Below the pieces are notes generated by a model that worked only from the letters and a program-made list of their open reading frames with translations, was not told the origin of the DNA and ran no database searches. DNA of 64,000 nt, from assembly GCA_040285855.1 (NCBI GenBank), contig JAUFOQ010000005.1, positions 2,294,001-2,358,000 on the forward strand. Direction: 5' to 3'. Below, piece by piece: positions 13,879 through 26,324 of this stretch (position 1 is its first letter; each line of letters opens with the position of its first letter). A program made the translations under genes and the position numbers. This DNA comes from Eukaryota sp. GEM-RC1. Taxonomy: Eukaryota.

Positions 13879-15251
13879 TTAAATATCTTCACTGTTTACT
13901 TCGTCTTCACCATCAACTTCATCTAAAACCTCTTCTTCAACCACAATCTCCTCTTTCAAGAACTCTTCATCTTCTTCATGTTGTTGTTCTTCCACCACTT
14001 CCTCAACTCTATTAACAACTTGTTCTTCTTCTTTCTCTGGAACAGTCTCTGGAACTTTTTCTCGACATAGCTGTGACTCTAAAGATCTTAACTTAGCCTC
14101 TAGTAAAGCGATCGTTCGCTCTTCAGCAGCAAGCATTGAAGCCGTTTGTTCTTCTGTTTTTAATCGTTCTAATTGTTCCGCGTCCAATCTCTTTCTTAAA
14201 CTTTCAATTAGCTGAATCGGATGATCGTCCTGAAGCTCATCTGCTTTTGGAGGTTTGTCTTTTAATAATTCAGATTTAATCGCTTCAATCAAATCATCCC
14301 TATTATGGAATTCCTGTGAGAAATTTTGAAAATTATTAAAATTTTGAGGTGTCGAATACGAATAATTCCATTGTGGCTGTGGTTCACTCTCAAAATCATT
14401 CTGAGGAGGTGATGACGTGGAATGGTCAAAACTACTATGACTCTCATTGACCAAGGAACTTCCTAATTGATGAACCAACTCAGAACACTTAGTCTTAGTT
14501 TGTTCTAACACATCCTCAGTCTTAACACGTCTATTTCTTTCATTTTCCAGCTCATTATTCAGACTTTTGACCTCATGACGTAACGATTCAATCTCACTTC
14601 TAAAATCAGCTCTTTCCTGACTCCACTTATAAAGAATATCTTTAAATAAAGACTCTAAAGAACTCTGTTCATCAGCAAGATACTGTTGGAGAGAGTTAGT
14701 TTGACGACGCATTGACTCAAAAGCTTCAATCCTGTTCTGAACATGATTGAGCATTGCCTCGTCTTTATCAGTCACAGACGATGGATCACGTGATGAAGGA
14801 TCACGTGACGAAGTTGGAGGTTCTTTGGGATGCTTCTGTTCTGGGAGGGGAATGTCTTTTCTTGGATCCGTTGAGGAGGACCTTGGAGCAGACTTCCGAC
14901 GACTTCCTGTGGGTTCCTTAGGGAGAGATCTAGTGGTGATTCTGGGAGAAGCAGAGCGTCGTGAAGGGGTTTCTGCTTTACGTGGGCGAGGTTCTTCTTT
15001 GGTTTTGGATACAATTGGTTTAGGTTCGGGTTTGGTTTGGCGATAGCGTGCGGAGTAACCAGATGGATCCTTTTAGAACCGTCCTTGAGATGAGATACAG
15101 TCATTTGAGGATGACTTGGTTTAGGAGTAGGAGAGATATTAATAGAAGAAGCAGAAGGTGGAGCATCTAAAGAAGCAACACTCTCTGGTTGTTGGTTGCT
15201 TTCTTTCTGACGTATAGATTCATAGGCTAACTCAAGAAGTCGCGAAGCCAT
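13879..15251 (-). CDS. Hypothetical coiled-coil protein with acidic C-terminus
   Basis: The ORFs at 14772-15251 and 13879-14775 join if one A is added in a TAAAAGG run at about 15072 (GSKKDPSGYSARYRQTKPEP...). Confidence 0.75.
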
Positions 15252-15284
15252 TTTTGGTGGGGTAAGTCAACTTCTGTCATTCTT

Positions 15285-15829
15285 ATGCATTCTTCTGACA
15301 TTCAACCATACTGTGTATTTCTCGGTTAACTGGAGAAATACACTTTCTTCATTCTGCTGCTTCCGAAACATTTGATTCCTTCCGTTCAAAAATATCAGAA
15401 CATTGTGAACATGTTAAGCAACTTCAGACTGCTAAAACTAACCTTGAACTCAAATGTCTTCGTCTTCAGACTAATTTAAACAAGATCGATCGTTAGTACG
15501 ATCGTTTACGCCTACGTCTCGGAACTCCCACCGAAACCCTCTATGGAAGACCGAAATTCTCTCTTACCTCCAAAAGGAGAAGTCTCTCAAGAAACTGACG
15601 AAACTTGAAAGAAACTTGCTGAATCTGACGTTTACTTGATGCTGCGAATAAGGAGTTCGAGGATGATAAAGGTCAAATTTGGCTAGCTCAGAAAGCCGCT
15701 GCGACTGAAAGAGGAAAGAATGAAATTGATCAGAAACTGTCAAGAAAGATTCTACAGTCAACTAAGGATTTAGAAGCCATCAGAAGTGACTATTTGAGCT
15801 TACCTTTTGAAAAGTTAATTAGGGTTTAA
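15285..15829 (+). pseudogene. Interrupted coiled-coil gene or pseudogene not in the ORF track
   Basis: Pieces read MHSSDIQ..ISRLTGEIHFLHSAASETFDSFRSKISEHCEHVKQLQTAKTNLELKCLRLQTNLNKIDR*YDRLRLR...LLDAANKEFEDDKGQIWLAQKAAATERGK...LIRV*. Several shifts and one in-frame TAG. Confidence 0.45.
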
Positions 15830-16594
15830 AATCAAAATTCAATTAATTGATTGTCTTGTGGGTGGGCTTTAACTTTCATTTTAATTTTTTATCGTTATTT
15901 AATTTATCTTCTTTTTTCGATGGAGTCTCAGGCTGTTGAACATTTTGAAAACCTGTTGAATTTTGAAAGTTTGATTTTTTTCCACTGATTCTGTTCTGTT
16001 CAGGTATTGTTTTGTCATTATATCTGAATCAAATTTATTATCAATAAGAACACAGTCTTAGTTCGAGTCTGTTTTTTATATAAAAGGAATCAAGGTCCTT
16101 ACAATTTCTTCTTTCTTCAGCTTTCTTCTTTCAATTAAACAATGATTGTTGGTACCGTGATGACGTCATCAAAACAATCCCACCAGACAATCCGATCAAA
16201 CATGTTTGTGTTTGATTTGGATTGTTTTTGTTGGTTCAACCACCTAAATAGACGGTTTTTAACTGGATGACATTTCTGGAGGCTACATGTCCATCTATAT
16301 TGTACAGATAAATAGATGTTTGTGTCAGTTTAGTATTGGGATCACTATAATAACAAATCTTTTCAGATACCGAAGTTTTATAGTGTCAAAAACACATACT
16401 CTAGTTGATTGCACAGAAATTTAATGTTTCTAGAAGGCCATGAATTATATTTTATGATTTTTATACAAGTTTTTATACAATGTCACAATTTTTGAGCTAA
16501 TAGTTTGAACATTTTGCAGAAGAGAATTGAGAGGAAAAAACAACTTGAACTAGACTACAAGAAGAATAAAAGAGATTTCTCTTCCTCCACTTCA

Positions 16595-17925
16595 ATGTCT
16601 TCTATACTTCCTGCTTCTCTTTGTAATAAGCTCTTCAAAACATCATTGAAACACGATTTTGTTGCTAGCTTTCAGCATCTCCATATTCCATGCCATTCCG
16701 TCGTCCTCGTTCAGTTCTCTGAATTTTTCCACAATCTGTTCACTCTAAACTTGTCAGATGACCAGGAAACTCAAGACTTCTCCTCTCTCAATGTCTCTGC
16801 CTCTTCTTTTCGCTCCTTTTTCTCTTATCTCTACGCTCAGCCAGTAGAGATCACCATTGACAATCTTTATGAGTTCTACGTGCTTTCTCGATACTTTATG
16901 GTAGAAGATCTAAAGACAACTTGTCTTGAATTGCTGACTTCCTTTTCAAACTCTACTGATTCTTTACTTTTTCTAGTTAAACAAGCAAATCAATGTCAAG
17001 ATCAAGCATTTCTAATACAACTATTGGAAATCATCGATTCTGATTTTTCAACCATTCCGGATAGTTTTATTCTACACTTTGATTATTTGTTGATCTTTGG
17101 TCAAAACTTGATCTTCAAAAATCAAGTTATTTGGTTGTGGAACTGCTTCTTGAAATATATCGATAATGAACATATCGATGATGAACAGTTTGATTTGTTT
17201 TTACATATTTTAAAAGTTGATAATCTTTCGGGCCATGAAGTTTTTCAATATCTGATTCATCCCATCATCGATAATTCAATTTTTGAGGCTTCAATAGTCA
17301 AATTTAGTTGCGAATATTTTTTGAAAACTTCAGTACTTCAAATATTCCTCTTGATTGGATTCTCAGAATTTTGAATATGTTAAATTGTGAAAATTCATCT
17401 GAATTGTTTAAAATTCTTTCACTTATTTCAAATTACCGAGATTTCTCATCTCAACAACTTCTATCTCTAAAGCCAAAAATATTGATTGAAATGATTAAAA
17501 ATTCCTTAAATAATATAAACTTTTTAGTATATTCCCTCCAAAATCTGATTGAATCCTGGTCATCTGATGCGTTGGGACATTGGCAATCAAATCAGATCAC
17601 TGAGTGTCTCGAATCAATCAATTTGTCGTTATTATCTGACTCAGAAATGCAACTTTCCAGTTTACCTTCCTATGATAAAGAAGGGATCACTTTGATTATT
17701 TCACAACTTACTAATAATATTATTGTTCCTGGTTTATTTAAAGAATTTCAACTTCAAAAATTCGAGTGGACATCAGAAAAAGAGCAGCTACTTTTAAAAA
17801 TTCAGGAATTACAGGAAACCAAAACTTTAAGAACTGTTGATGATATGTCCTCTTCTGATGATTCTACGAGTAGTTATTTAGAAACTACAGATTCTTCAGA
17901 TTCTTCAGATTCTGAAGAAGGTTGA
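16595..17925 (+). CDS. BTB/POZ domain protein
   Basis: HDF...IPCHSVVLVQFSEFFHNLF...SFRSFFSYLYAQPVEITIDNLYEFYVLSRYFMVEDLKTTC is a BTB pattern. One frameshift in a T-run at about 17320. Ser/acidic tail. Confidence 0.8.
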
Positions 17926-18656
17926 GAAACCAAGAGTCAATAGATCTCAGAACTTTTACAATCTTTTTTGTTCAAAAAGCTCCACCCCAAAGAGATTTAT
18001 TTTTGTCTTTAGCGAAAGTCATTGTGGTCATCAACCCTTTTAGACCCTTTTCTCTCTTCAGTTTTTTTTCTTTTTGACATTGCCCTTTTATACCCTTTTT
18101 GATCTCCTTTGAGAGAGTTTAGTGTTTTAACAGCTGGTGTTACACTTCCTCTAATATATGTACGTCATGATAACTCCCTTTATCCATTTCTTTAATCGGG
18201 AACTAGAAGGGAAAGGCCAATGACATTTTCCTCTCTTTTACCCATATTACATCCTATCTGTCGCCTCTATCAGTAGTTCTCTTCGGTAATAAACTGTCGT
18301 ATTGCTATCAGAAAGATTGAGAAAATTCTTATTTATTTTTATTTTCTCGTCATGCGTGCGAAAGCCATGACCCATAGGCCATCGGCGCATGGCATTTGAA
18401 AATTCTGGATGAGTCGTCGTCTCAGTAGAATTTTTTATAACTCCAACTAGTTTAACTAGGACATTTTGGTTTCTTTTTCTGTTTTTCTGACTAAAAGAAG
18501 AGCAATCTTTCCGTTTCGATTCTGATGAACCCAATTGATTCATTAATCTATAAATAGATTATTTTATATTCGTTTGAGAGAAAAATAATCTCTCAAAAAG
18601 TGATACGTCTTATGACTGTAATAATTGGTATAAACTAAAATTTTAAATTTAAATTA

Positions 18657-19560
18657 AGAGTTTATTTGCAACAACAAATTAATACATACTAATTCAGAAA
18701 ATGAAAGAAGTTAAATTCTCCACATCAACACGAGAATTGTCCCTATACAACTTCGAATAAATGGAACATAAATATTTGGGAATGCTTCTATAAAGAGCGT
18801 ACATAATTCGATTAATCCACACAGCGCTATTGAACACCTTGCCATTAGAACGACATAAAAGACTTAAATCACTGAAAAACTTTAAACCGGCTGGACCAAT
18901 ATTGCCAAAAATTGAAATTGCAAATGGAACAAATGAAAACTTAGAATATAGATTTTCATTAAGCTTCTGCAAAGCATCCGCATAATTTGAACACTTTCGC
19001 TGTTCAGCCTTTTCCAGATGACCATTCGAATCATTCAATATGGAGTCTTGGTAGACTTTTGCAAACGGGTCAACTGTAGTAAAATCAACCACAACTTGAG
19101 ATGAATCCAGGAAAGGAGCAATTAAGTCACCACGCCGAGAATCAAACACGTCATTGTCACTATAATGTTTCAGAAGAGGTTCAATTTTACAACTATAATA
19201 GTGGGATTTGAACATTTCATAAGTAACGTCACGAACAGCGTTATGTAGAACAGATCGAAATTGCAAAAATTTTTTGCAAATAACAACATGACGAAATGTG
19301 GCTGTAGATCGGTTATCGCAGACACATTTTGAATTATTTAGCAAACCACTAGGGAATAAACCTAAACGAAGACCCATATTTTGCTTCCAAGCATCATTGT
19401 TCAAATATAAACCAAATGGTCTAGGTTGTTGAGTGATGAAGCTAGAACATTGTTGAATGTCGCATAAAAAAGCTGCAAAGACGGGATTATCAATCTTAGT
19501 CACACTAAGTCTTTTACTAAAAACCAAGCCTTCCAACCCGTTAAACAACACCCATCACTA
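18657..19560 (-). mobile_element. 5'-truncated CRE-like non-LTR retrotransposon (subfamily A): zinc knuckle plus restriction-like endonuclease
   Basis: LRLG, CVC...H...C, HNAVRD, EP, RRGDL, VVVDFTTVDP, AEQRK, FVPFAISIFGNIG. The short 3' UTR ending AAATAAACTCT is shared with the copy ending at 36319. Confidence 0.85.
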
Positions 19561-19639
19561 TCAAATCTTACAACATGAACTCTGATAAAATAAACTCACA
19601 GTAAGTAAAGCTTCGGAGTTTTAAACAATCTTATTTATT

Positions 19640-19869
19640 TAATGGAAAAAGCGTATAGTGTTTTCCATATATCGGAATATGCCTTTCTATTTCTCTAGAT
19701 TAATTGAGAAATTGTACAAGTTTGGTGTGAAGGTTAATGTTGATAAACGTAATCTTTTACCGGGTGGTGATGAAATCGTTTGGATTTAATCTTAGTATTA
19801 TTTGTTTGTTTTTACAATTTCATAGTTTGTAGGAAGGTTACCTTACTGCTAGTGGGTGCCGAATAAATC
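19640..19869 (+). mobile_element. 3' end of CRE-like retrotransposon (subfamily C)
   Basis: Encodes RIVFSIYRNMPFYFSRLIEKLYKFGVKVNVDKRNLLPGGDEIVWI*, homologous to the C-termini of subfamilies A and B. Repeats at 7600, 26590 and 30810. Confidence 0.7.
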
Positions 19870-20209
19870 TTTTTCTATAAAAGTCTTTGGAGTCGCAACT
19901 TTAACGCTGTTTTGAATTCAATCATGATTAAAACTGTTAATCATGATTTCTATTGTTGACAGACATGTAGAAAACTTGTAAGGAAATAATATATCGTTCT
20001 CTCATAATGATATTGTCCAATTTCTCGATCTATTTGGGTCTGTTTTACGCGCGGTGTAGTTGAGGATCTCCGTCATAACCATTTCAAATTGGCCTGATTT
20101 CAAGTAGGAGTACTTTCTTTTCAATAAAAGGAGGAAAAGAAAATAACTATGATTTAATTGGAGGAAAGTTTTTTTTAATGACTGTTTATTTTTATTATAA
20201 ATGTGATGT

Positions 20210-21324
20210 AAAAGAAAGTGTATATCTAGTAGAAATCTGGTAGACAACGACATTTATATTACAGATGTACCAGTAGAATTACTAAAGAATTCCTCTTGCG
20301 TCTGTGGAGACCCCGGGGTAAGAGGGGGGGGGTCAGTTGATGATGGGAAGACTTCTTTCAAGAAAACAAGATGGTCCGCCCAAAAATTCAAAACCCAAAG
20401 AACCTTCTTATACTAAGTTAGAATGGGAAGAGTGGCGAAATGACAATGTAAAGAGTGGAAACAGTGGTTTCCATAAACGTCTAAACAATGAAAGACGACG
20501 CAAAGCCAAAGGTAGAGCCGCAAGTCACAGAACAACCAACTTGGAACCCCCAAAGATCCCCCACCTGAGAAACCAGGTATAAATAAGGAGCTCAAGAAGT
20601 TCCATTTTAAAAGATTGACAGCCCTCCAAGAAAGAGAGAGACCCTTGGCAAAGATCAGGAGAAGTTCTTTAGAGAGAGCAAAAAGTCAAGGATCATTGGT
20701 AAAAAAACTAATGAAGAGTGGGAAAAACAACTAAGTAAACACTCTAGTAAAGTCCTTGATCATGATGATTTCTTGGCATATTGCAAAGCTAAGAATGAAT
20801 TCTCTCTGAACATGGGACCGTAATATCAATCAGACGTTATAAGAATAATGAAGCTAAAAAGACACATGACCAATGAACGTTTTGAATCGAGATGGATTGA
20901 TGAGTTCAAAGAGAAGTTTGGTGGTCCAGAAAATACAGTGATAGTGATGGGAGATTGGAAGCAGACTATGTTCAAGAATCAAGCACCAACAAATAATAAT
21001 GGTCACAGGGCAATGTTCAAAAAACATCACTATCGGGTACTGCTGGTCGATGAATATAGAACAAGCACTGGATGCCATAAATGTGTGCTTGAAAATCAAA
21101 ACAGTATGAATGAAAAGAAACATCGTGTTCAAAATCCCAGACCTTACAGAAGAGCAAAAACACTAACGGTTTTAAGACATGGATCACTCACTTGCAAAAA
21201 GTGTGGATGTCTTTGGAACCGCAACGTTAGCGCTAAGTTAAACATGATTCATATTGTAGATGAACAGGTTAGAGGAAATGGTAGAGTTCAAAAGAACTTC
21301 TACATAATTCTCACCATCCAGTAA
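20210..21324 (+). pseudogene. Fanzor1 (eukaryotic TnpB-like RNA-guided RuvC nuclease), decayed
   Basis: RuvC-I region YITDV...CVCGDPG (about 20235-20320), then EKQLSKHSSKVLDHDDFLAYCKAKN, FKEKFGGPENTVIVMGDW, RuvC-II VDEYRTS, CxxC...CxxC zinc finger and RuvC-III WNRNVSAKLNM (D to N). Frameshifts, plus an in-frame TAA at 20821. Confidence 0.85.
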
Positions 21325-21369
21325 TCTAACCGGGTTCACTATTATTTGACATTTTTACGCTATTAGCTA

Positions 21370-23496
21370 ATGTCTGTCTTTTCTTTCGACCTCAATACTG
21401 AACTAAAACCATTCGCTGCTGTGGCTAAGTTTGATGGCGTTCATTCAGTTCTTACGGCCATTACCACCACAGACAAAGCCCTTCTATACTCCCCCTCAAC
21501 AATACACATCTTCTGGCCAATCAGAACGCCGTTTCCTCAGTTTCAAGAATGAAGTCACTGCATTTGACGTAGGAAGACTTCCAGGACGTCAAACCGATGT
21601 CATCTTTGTTGGTTCTCCCACTGGTATCTCTGCATTTGACCCCGAAACTAACTCCTACATCTTCTCTAAGGAAATCCCCCAAGGTGTCTCTTCTATCGTT
21701 GCTGGCTCTCCCTCCCTCTTCCCAGACACTGCCATCATTACTGGTGGATCCTGTTGTCTACAGGGGTTCAGTGCTGACGGAGAAGAGACCTTCTGGACAG
21801 TAGCTTCTGATGACGTCACCGTTGTCACTCTGATTTCGTCTGGGACCTCTGATGAAATCCTTGCAGGTACTGCAGATGGTTTTATTAGACTTTATTCAGG
21901 CGCAGATGTTGTTTTTGAAGTGCAAGAGACCTCTAAAATCATTGCTTTATCACCACTTAGTACAGAAGGTTCAATTAAGTTCAGCTTTGCTTTGGAAAAC
22001 GGCATTGTAGGTGTTTATGAAGGTACAACACGCGTGTGGAGAATCAAGGGAAACATCCCGCGCAATCACTAACGTCATTTGATTACGACGAAAGTGGCAA
22101 TGATGACGTAGTGATTGGCTGGTCTCATGGAAAGATTGAGATCAGGGTCGGATCAAGTGGTTCCCTATTATTCAAAGACAACCTCGACCTTCCTCTTTCG
22201 TGTATTCTCTACACTGACTTTGCTTCCAATGGCAAACCCCAACTTCTTGCTCTGTCTTCTACTGGTAAAATCAAGGGGTTTTCCTTTGGTAATGATGACG
22301 TGGAAGGTAAGGACGCTAAGGAGATGACCAAAGAATTTAACAAGTTGTTGGAGCAGAAGCAGGAGTTGTTAAGTGGAATTACTTTAATGGAGAAGACGTT
22401 GTTGGCTAATAAGAAGCGAAAGGGGGGAAGGTTTGTACCTGCAGATGCAAAGTTCGAGTTTAAATTGAAGTATGATGCAAATAAGTTGTGGTTTAGTGTG
22501 GAAAATGAATCGTTGTTTGTTTTTTCTGTAATTATTACGGCTGATCAACCAATTTTTGATGGAGAAACTGTATTAGTTGAAACTAGCGTTCATCCCGCTA
22601 CTTTTATTTCAACAATTCTAAAAATTCCAGTTCCACAGAAATCTATTATGTTGTCGGTTGAAGTCGTGGTTGCACCAACTCCCGTTGACACTGACTTCTT
22701 TGTTTTTGAACAAGACGTCGAGCTACCAGAGTTCTTTTATTTAAATCCTTTAGAAATTTCATCAAATTTAAATTTTTCAAAAAATGATTTCGTTGCCTTC
22801 GCTGATGTCGGTCATATTTCCAGATTAATTCACTTTATTAAATCATCTTTTGGTCCGTATACTTTTGATCAATCTTCGGAACGCCAAAAGTCCTTTGAAA
22901 GTTTAGTTTTTCCAAAGGAAGGCGGTAATTTTGCTGCTTTTACTAATGCATTTGATCCCTCTCATCCAATTGTTTTCAATTTTTCCCTTTCAGAATCTCT
23001 AGTCTACATTTATTCAAATTCAATGGAAATTTGCTCAAATATCATTCAAGCCATGGGTAAATCCCTCGAAATTCTTGAGTTGAACACCCTGTGTCATTTT
23101 GATTCTGAATTCAGTTCTCTTTCTGAGCATTTGTCTTTAATAACAGAAGCCAATGTTCATCGATCTCGAATGAACACGGATTCTGCAGATGGAATTTCAA
23201 ATATTAAATCTTTATTAGTTAAAGCAGAAGATAATCGCCTTCAGCATCAGTATCATGAGTGTGGAATAGCTTATCATGATTTGTTCTCTTTTAATCATCA
23301 ATTATTAGGGGAATTGAACAATCGAATTGAGAATTTTGAAATGTTGATGGGCAGTTTAAAATATGTGAATTCGTTGATCCAACGAGCTTCTAAACTACGT
23401 TTAGGTCGGTATAAAACGTCCCTTGTTGATACTTGCCGTAAAGCTATTAGGAATGGTCAAATCAGCTCATTAAGGAAAATCATTGCTGGCAAGTAA
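21370..23496 (+). CDS. BBS2: Bardet-Biedl syndrome 2 protein (BBSome subunit)
   Basis: AKFDGVHS-LTA, GGSCCLQGF..DGEETFWTV..DDV, GWSHGKIEIR, C-terminal LKYVNSLIQRASKLRLGRYKTSLVDTCRKAIR. Two homopolymer frameshifts at about 21495 and 22052. Confidence 0.9.
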
Positions 23497-24016
23497 ATGC
23501 TCACATTGGAGTTGTTTAATCTCTTCAAATAATTCAAAAATTGTCCATTACTTTGTCTTATTTATTTTAAAGTTATTATTTCGAAGTGTTTACACAAATT
23601 TGATTTGTTAAGGTTGTGTCTAATAATTGAAAAAGGTAATGGTACACTCAATTTATTTAATTAATTCTTGTATAAAAGTTCATTTGTAGATATATTTTTA
23701 GACTGAAATTGAGTTGAGTTCTTAAATAATTGTGTGAATAGTGCAATTACTACTGTTGAACCTTTGTGGTTAAAAGATAATCTTGAAAGAAAGAATGAAC
23801 TAAGAATGAACTGATTCAAAATACCATATTAATAGATCTTAATTCAGGAAGTGTAATCATCTCAATTAACAACTCCTCTTCAAAACCATTTATAGGTGAT
23901 ATTTCTCTCGATCACAACATAATTTCGAAAACTATTGAATCCTAGTACCAAAAATTAATAGTTCAAAATGAATCAATTTAAAGTGAAGAACAAGACGGAA
24001 TTAAGTGTGTATATGT

Positions 24017-26300
24017 ACAGTTTATTGATGGAGGGTACAAAAATACATATCATAATAAAAGCTATGAAACACTAGACACCGAAAATTCCTGGTCAACAGT
24101 ACCACAGTTTTTATACAACTTTGTGAAAATTGATTTAAAAAACTTAGGCACCGAACGGAACAAAGAAAAAATCAAACGGTTATGCCAAATTGATAAGTTA
24201 AATCTCTTATTCTGAGACTTACACATAGATCTAAAATCAGTTAAAAACTTGGAAGCCATTTCACCAATACTACCGAAAATAGAAATAGCAAATGGAACAA
24301 ATACAAATTTTGAATATAAATTTTAATTGCGTTTAGCAACATCTTTGGAATACAAATCAATTTTACGTTTTCAGCTGTTTCTAGGTGATTAAAACCTTTT
24401 GAATTCAAGCCATTAACATAAGTTTGAGCACATGGATCGACTATTGTAACATCAGGGATAATTTGACTCGAATCAACAAAAGGACCATGTAAGTCACCTC
24501 GACGAGAATTATTAATTAAATCAGGACCCAACTTACTAAATGAAGGTTCAACTTGGGCATGAAATCCATGAGCCTTAAACATTCCAAATGTAACATCTCT
24601 TACAGCATTATGTAGAACTGAGCGAAATTGAATAAATTTGAGGCAATTAATTACATGTCTAAAAGTTGCACTGCGACTATGACTACAAATGCACTGAGAA
24701 TTGTCCAGCAATTCTGCAGGAAACAAACCTAAACGCAATCGCATATTTAATTTCCAAGCCTCATCAGACAAATGCAAACCAAAAGGACGTGGTTGTTGAG
24801 TGATCAAACAAGTTCAATTCTTAATATCATTTAAGAAAGCAGCAAAAACGGGATTATTAGTAATACTAAAACGATTTTCAAAATCCAGGTTTTCAAATGC
24901 GTTCAAGAGCTTATTCAGAAGTTTGACTACACATAAAGGGAGAGACAATGGAGATTTTTCAGGAATACTGGGTAAATGAGAAGGAAAACAGCTATTTCAA
25001 ATACCCAAATCCAAATCGTTAATAACTGAGACTAACGAAACTAACCAAGGAGTAGACTGAATGAGATTTTCATTAAACAAAAAGCCGTATCGGGATTTAA
25101 ATTCAAATAGAAAATTCTTCATTCCACCAATAAACGCACTTTTGGTTAAGTATGAAGCTCGTGAAGAACCCACACCGCCACAATTAGCTGATGAAAACGC
25201 TTGATAAGGCAATTTCGAGTCATTAACCTCTACAAGATCACTTAAGAACTTAGTTCTCAAAGAGTTAAATTTTCTGGCTAAATCAATAGTAAGTTCAGGA
25301 TTGATTAAGCGCAAAAGTGGTTGATTTTGGACGCAAAACAAGTCGTCAAAAGGGAAAAATAGATGTACAGTAAACTCTCTCTAATTGCAACCCCTGTAAT
25401 TGAAAACTCTCTGAAATTGCAACAAAAACCCATGCCACCGAGTAAAACAATACCAAATTGAAAATTGAAACAATTGCAACAGTGTTTGAGACCTAATTGA
25501 AACATTGAAGTCAACATTATACTGTATTCTGGTTGTCGCATCTATAGCTAGCTGTTATATATTGATGTTAGTGTGGAGAAAGAGGAAGACGTTGTTGTGT
25601 TTCATAAATCCTACAGTAATCTTCTGGTTTTTCCCATCATCAACTTCAATATACCGTACACAGTACTGAACATCAACCAAAAGTCAAATACAAATGCATG
25701 CTCGTCAATATTTTGAAGATGATGAAAATACAGAAACTGTAACTGCAGAACCTTTCCTCAAAAAAGGAACTGAATCATTGTTTGAGAATTTTCTCCAATC
25801 GTGTTGAAATACATTAGTTTAATGACTTCACTGCTCTAAATCAAGTGATGATAGAACTGCCAGTAGTGCTTGGGGAAAAATGAGGGAGAAACATTGGTTC
25901 ATTTTTTTGTCACCCTTACGAAATATTAACCAAACACTTACCATGTACCATTGCATAATGAGTACTGTCGATATTAAGTAAAAGTATTTTTTAAAAAGCG
26001 TGATGATTAATTTGAGTCAAGATAATAACATTTGTTTAAGTCCGAGCATTCATGGTAGATGTATTGTTGATCAGACTTGTTATTTTGCTCTTGCAGACTA
26101 ATTAATAACATATTTGATGTTCTGGAGTAAATATGGATGTTGTATTTAGTTAAGGGTAACGTTGTAGGAACTCTCTGTAATTGAAAAATCTCTGTAATTG
26201 AAACGAAACTCCATTCACCAAGTCGTTTCAATTAGAGAGAGTTTACTGTAGATGGAATTAAGTTGCTTCTTTGTCAATAATTCTCAATCTGACTCTTTTC
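24017..26300 (-). mobile_element. CRE-like retrotransposon copy (subfamily B), decayed and interrupted by a MITE
   Basis: LLTTCFASKINH/LLRLINP, GGVG, LRLG, CIC..H..C, HNAVRD, RRGDL, DVTIVDP. The 3' end is shared with 46897-47156 and 54241-54337. Confidence 0.85.
25368..26248. mobile_element. Tc1/mariner-pogo-type non-autonomous element
   Basis: Perfect 20-bp TIR CAGTAAACTCTCTCTAATTG flanked by TA on both sides. Subterminal ctctgtaattgaaa repeats. Confidence 0.9.
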
Positions 26301-26324
26301 TGCTTTGTATAAATGATTGTAAAG

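Noticed and set aside
15490..15500. Stop-codon reassignment (TAG/TAA as Gln) suggested by an in-frame TAG
   Set aside because: TAG, TAA and TGA all terminate good genes here (kinase 1 TAG, kinase 2 and RPL5 TAA, UBX TGA), and long conserved ORFs have no internal stops.
18330..18545. Hammerhead ribozyme or ncRNA near the LINE 3' end (ctgatga, gtttcg)
   Set aside because: The core motifs are not in a compatible order or strand and no supporting stems were seen.
21370..23496. Widespread programmed frameshifting or RNA editing, suggested by split ORFs in BBS2, Sec12, BTB, NHL, the second kinase and others
   Set aside because: The breaks I checked are repaired by adding one base to a homopolymer run, with no shared slippery motif. 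The intact kinase paralogue has the extra base (aaaccccct versus aaccccct). This is the typical long-read deletion error. Short-read or RNA-seq comparison would settle it.
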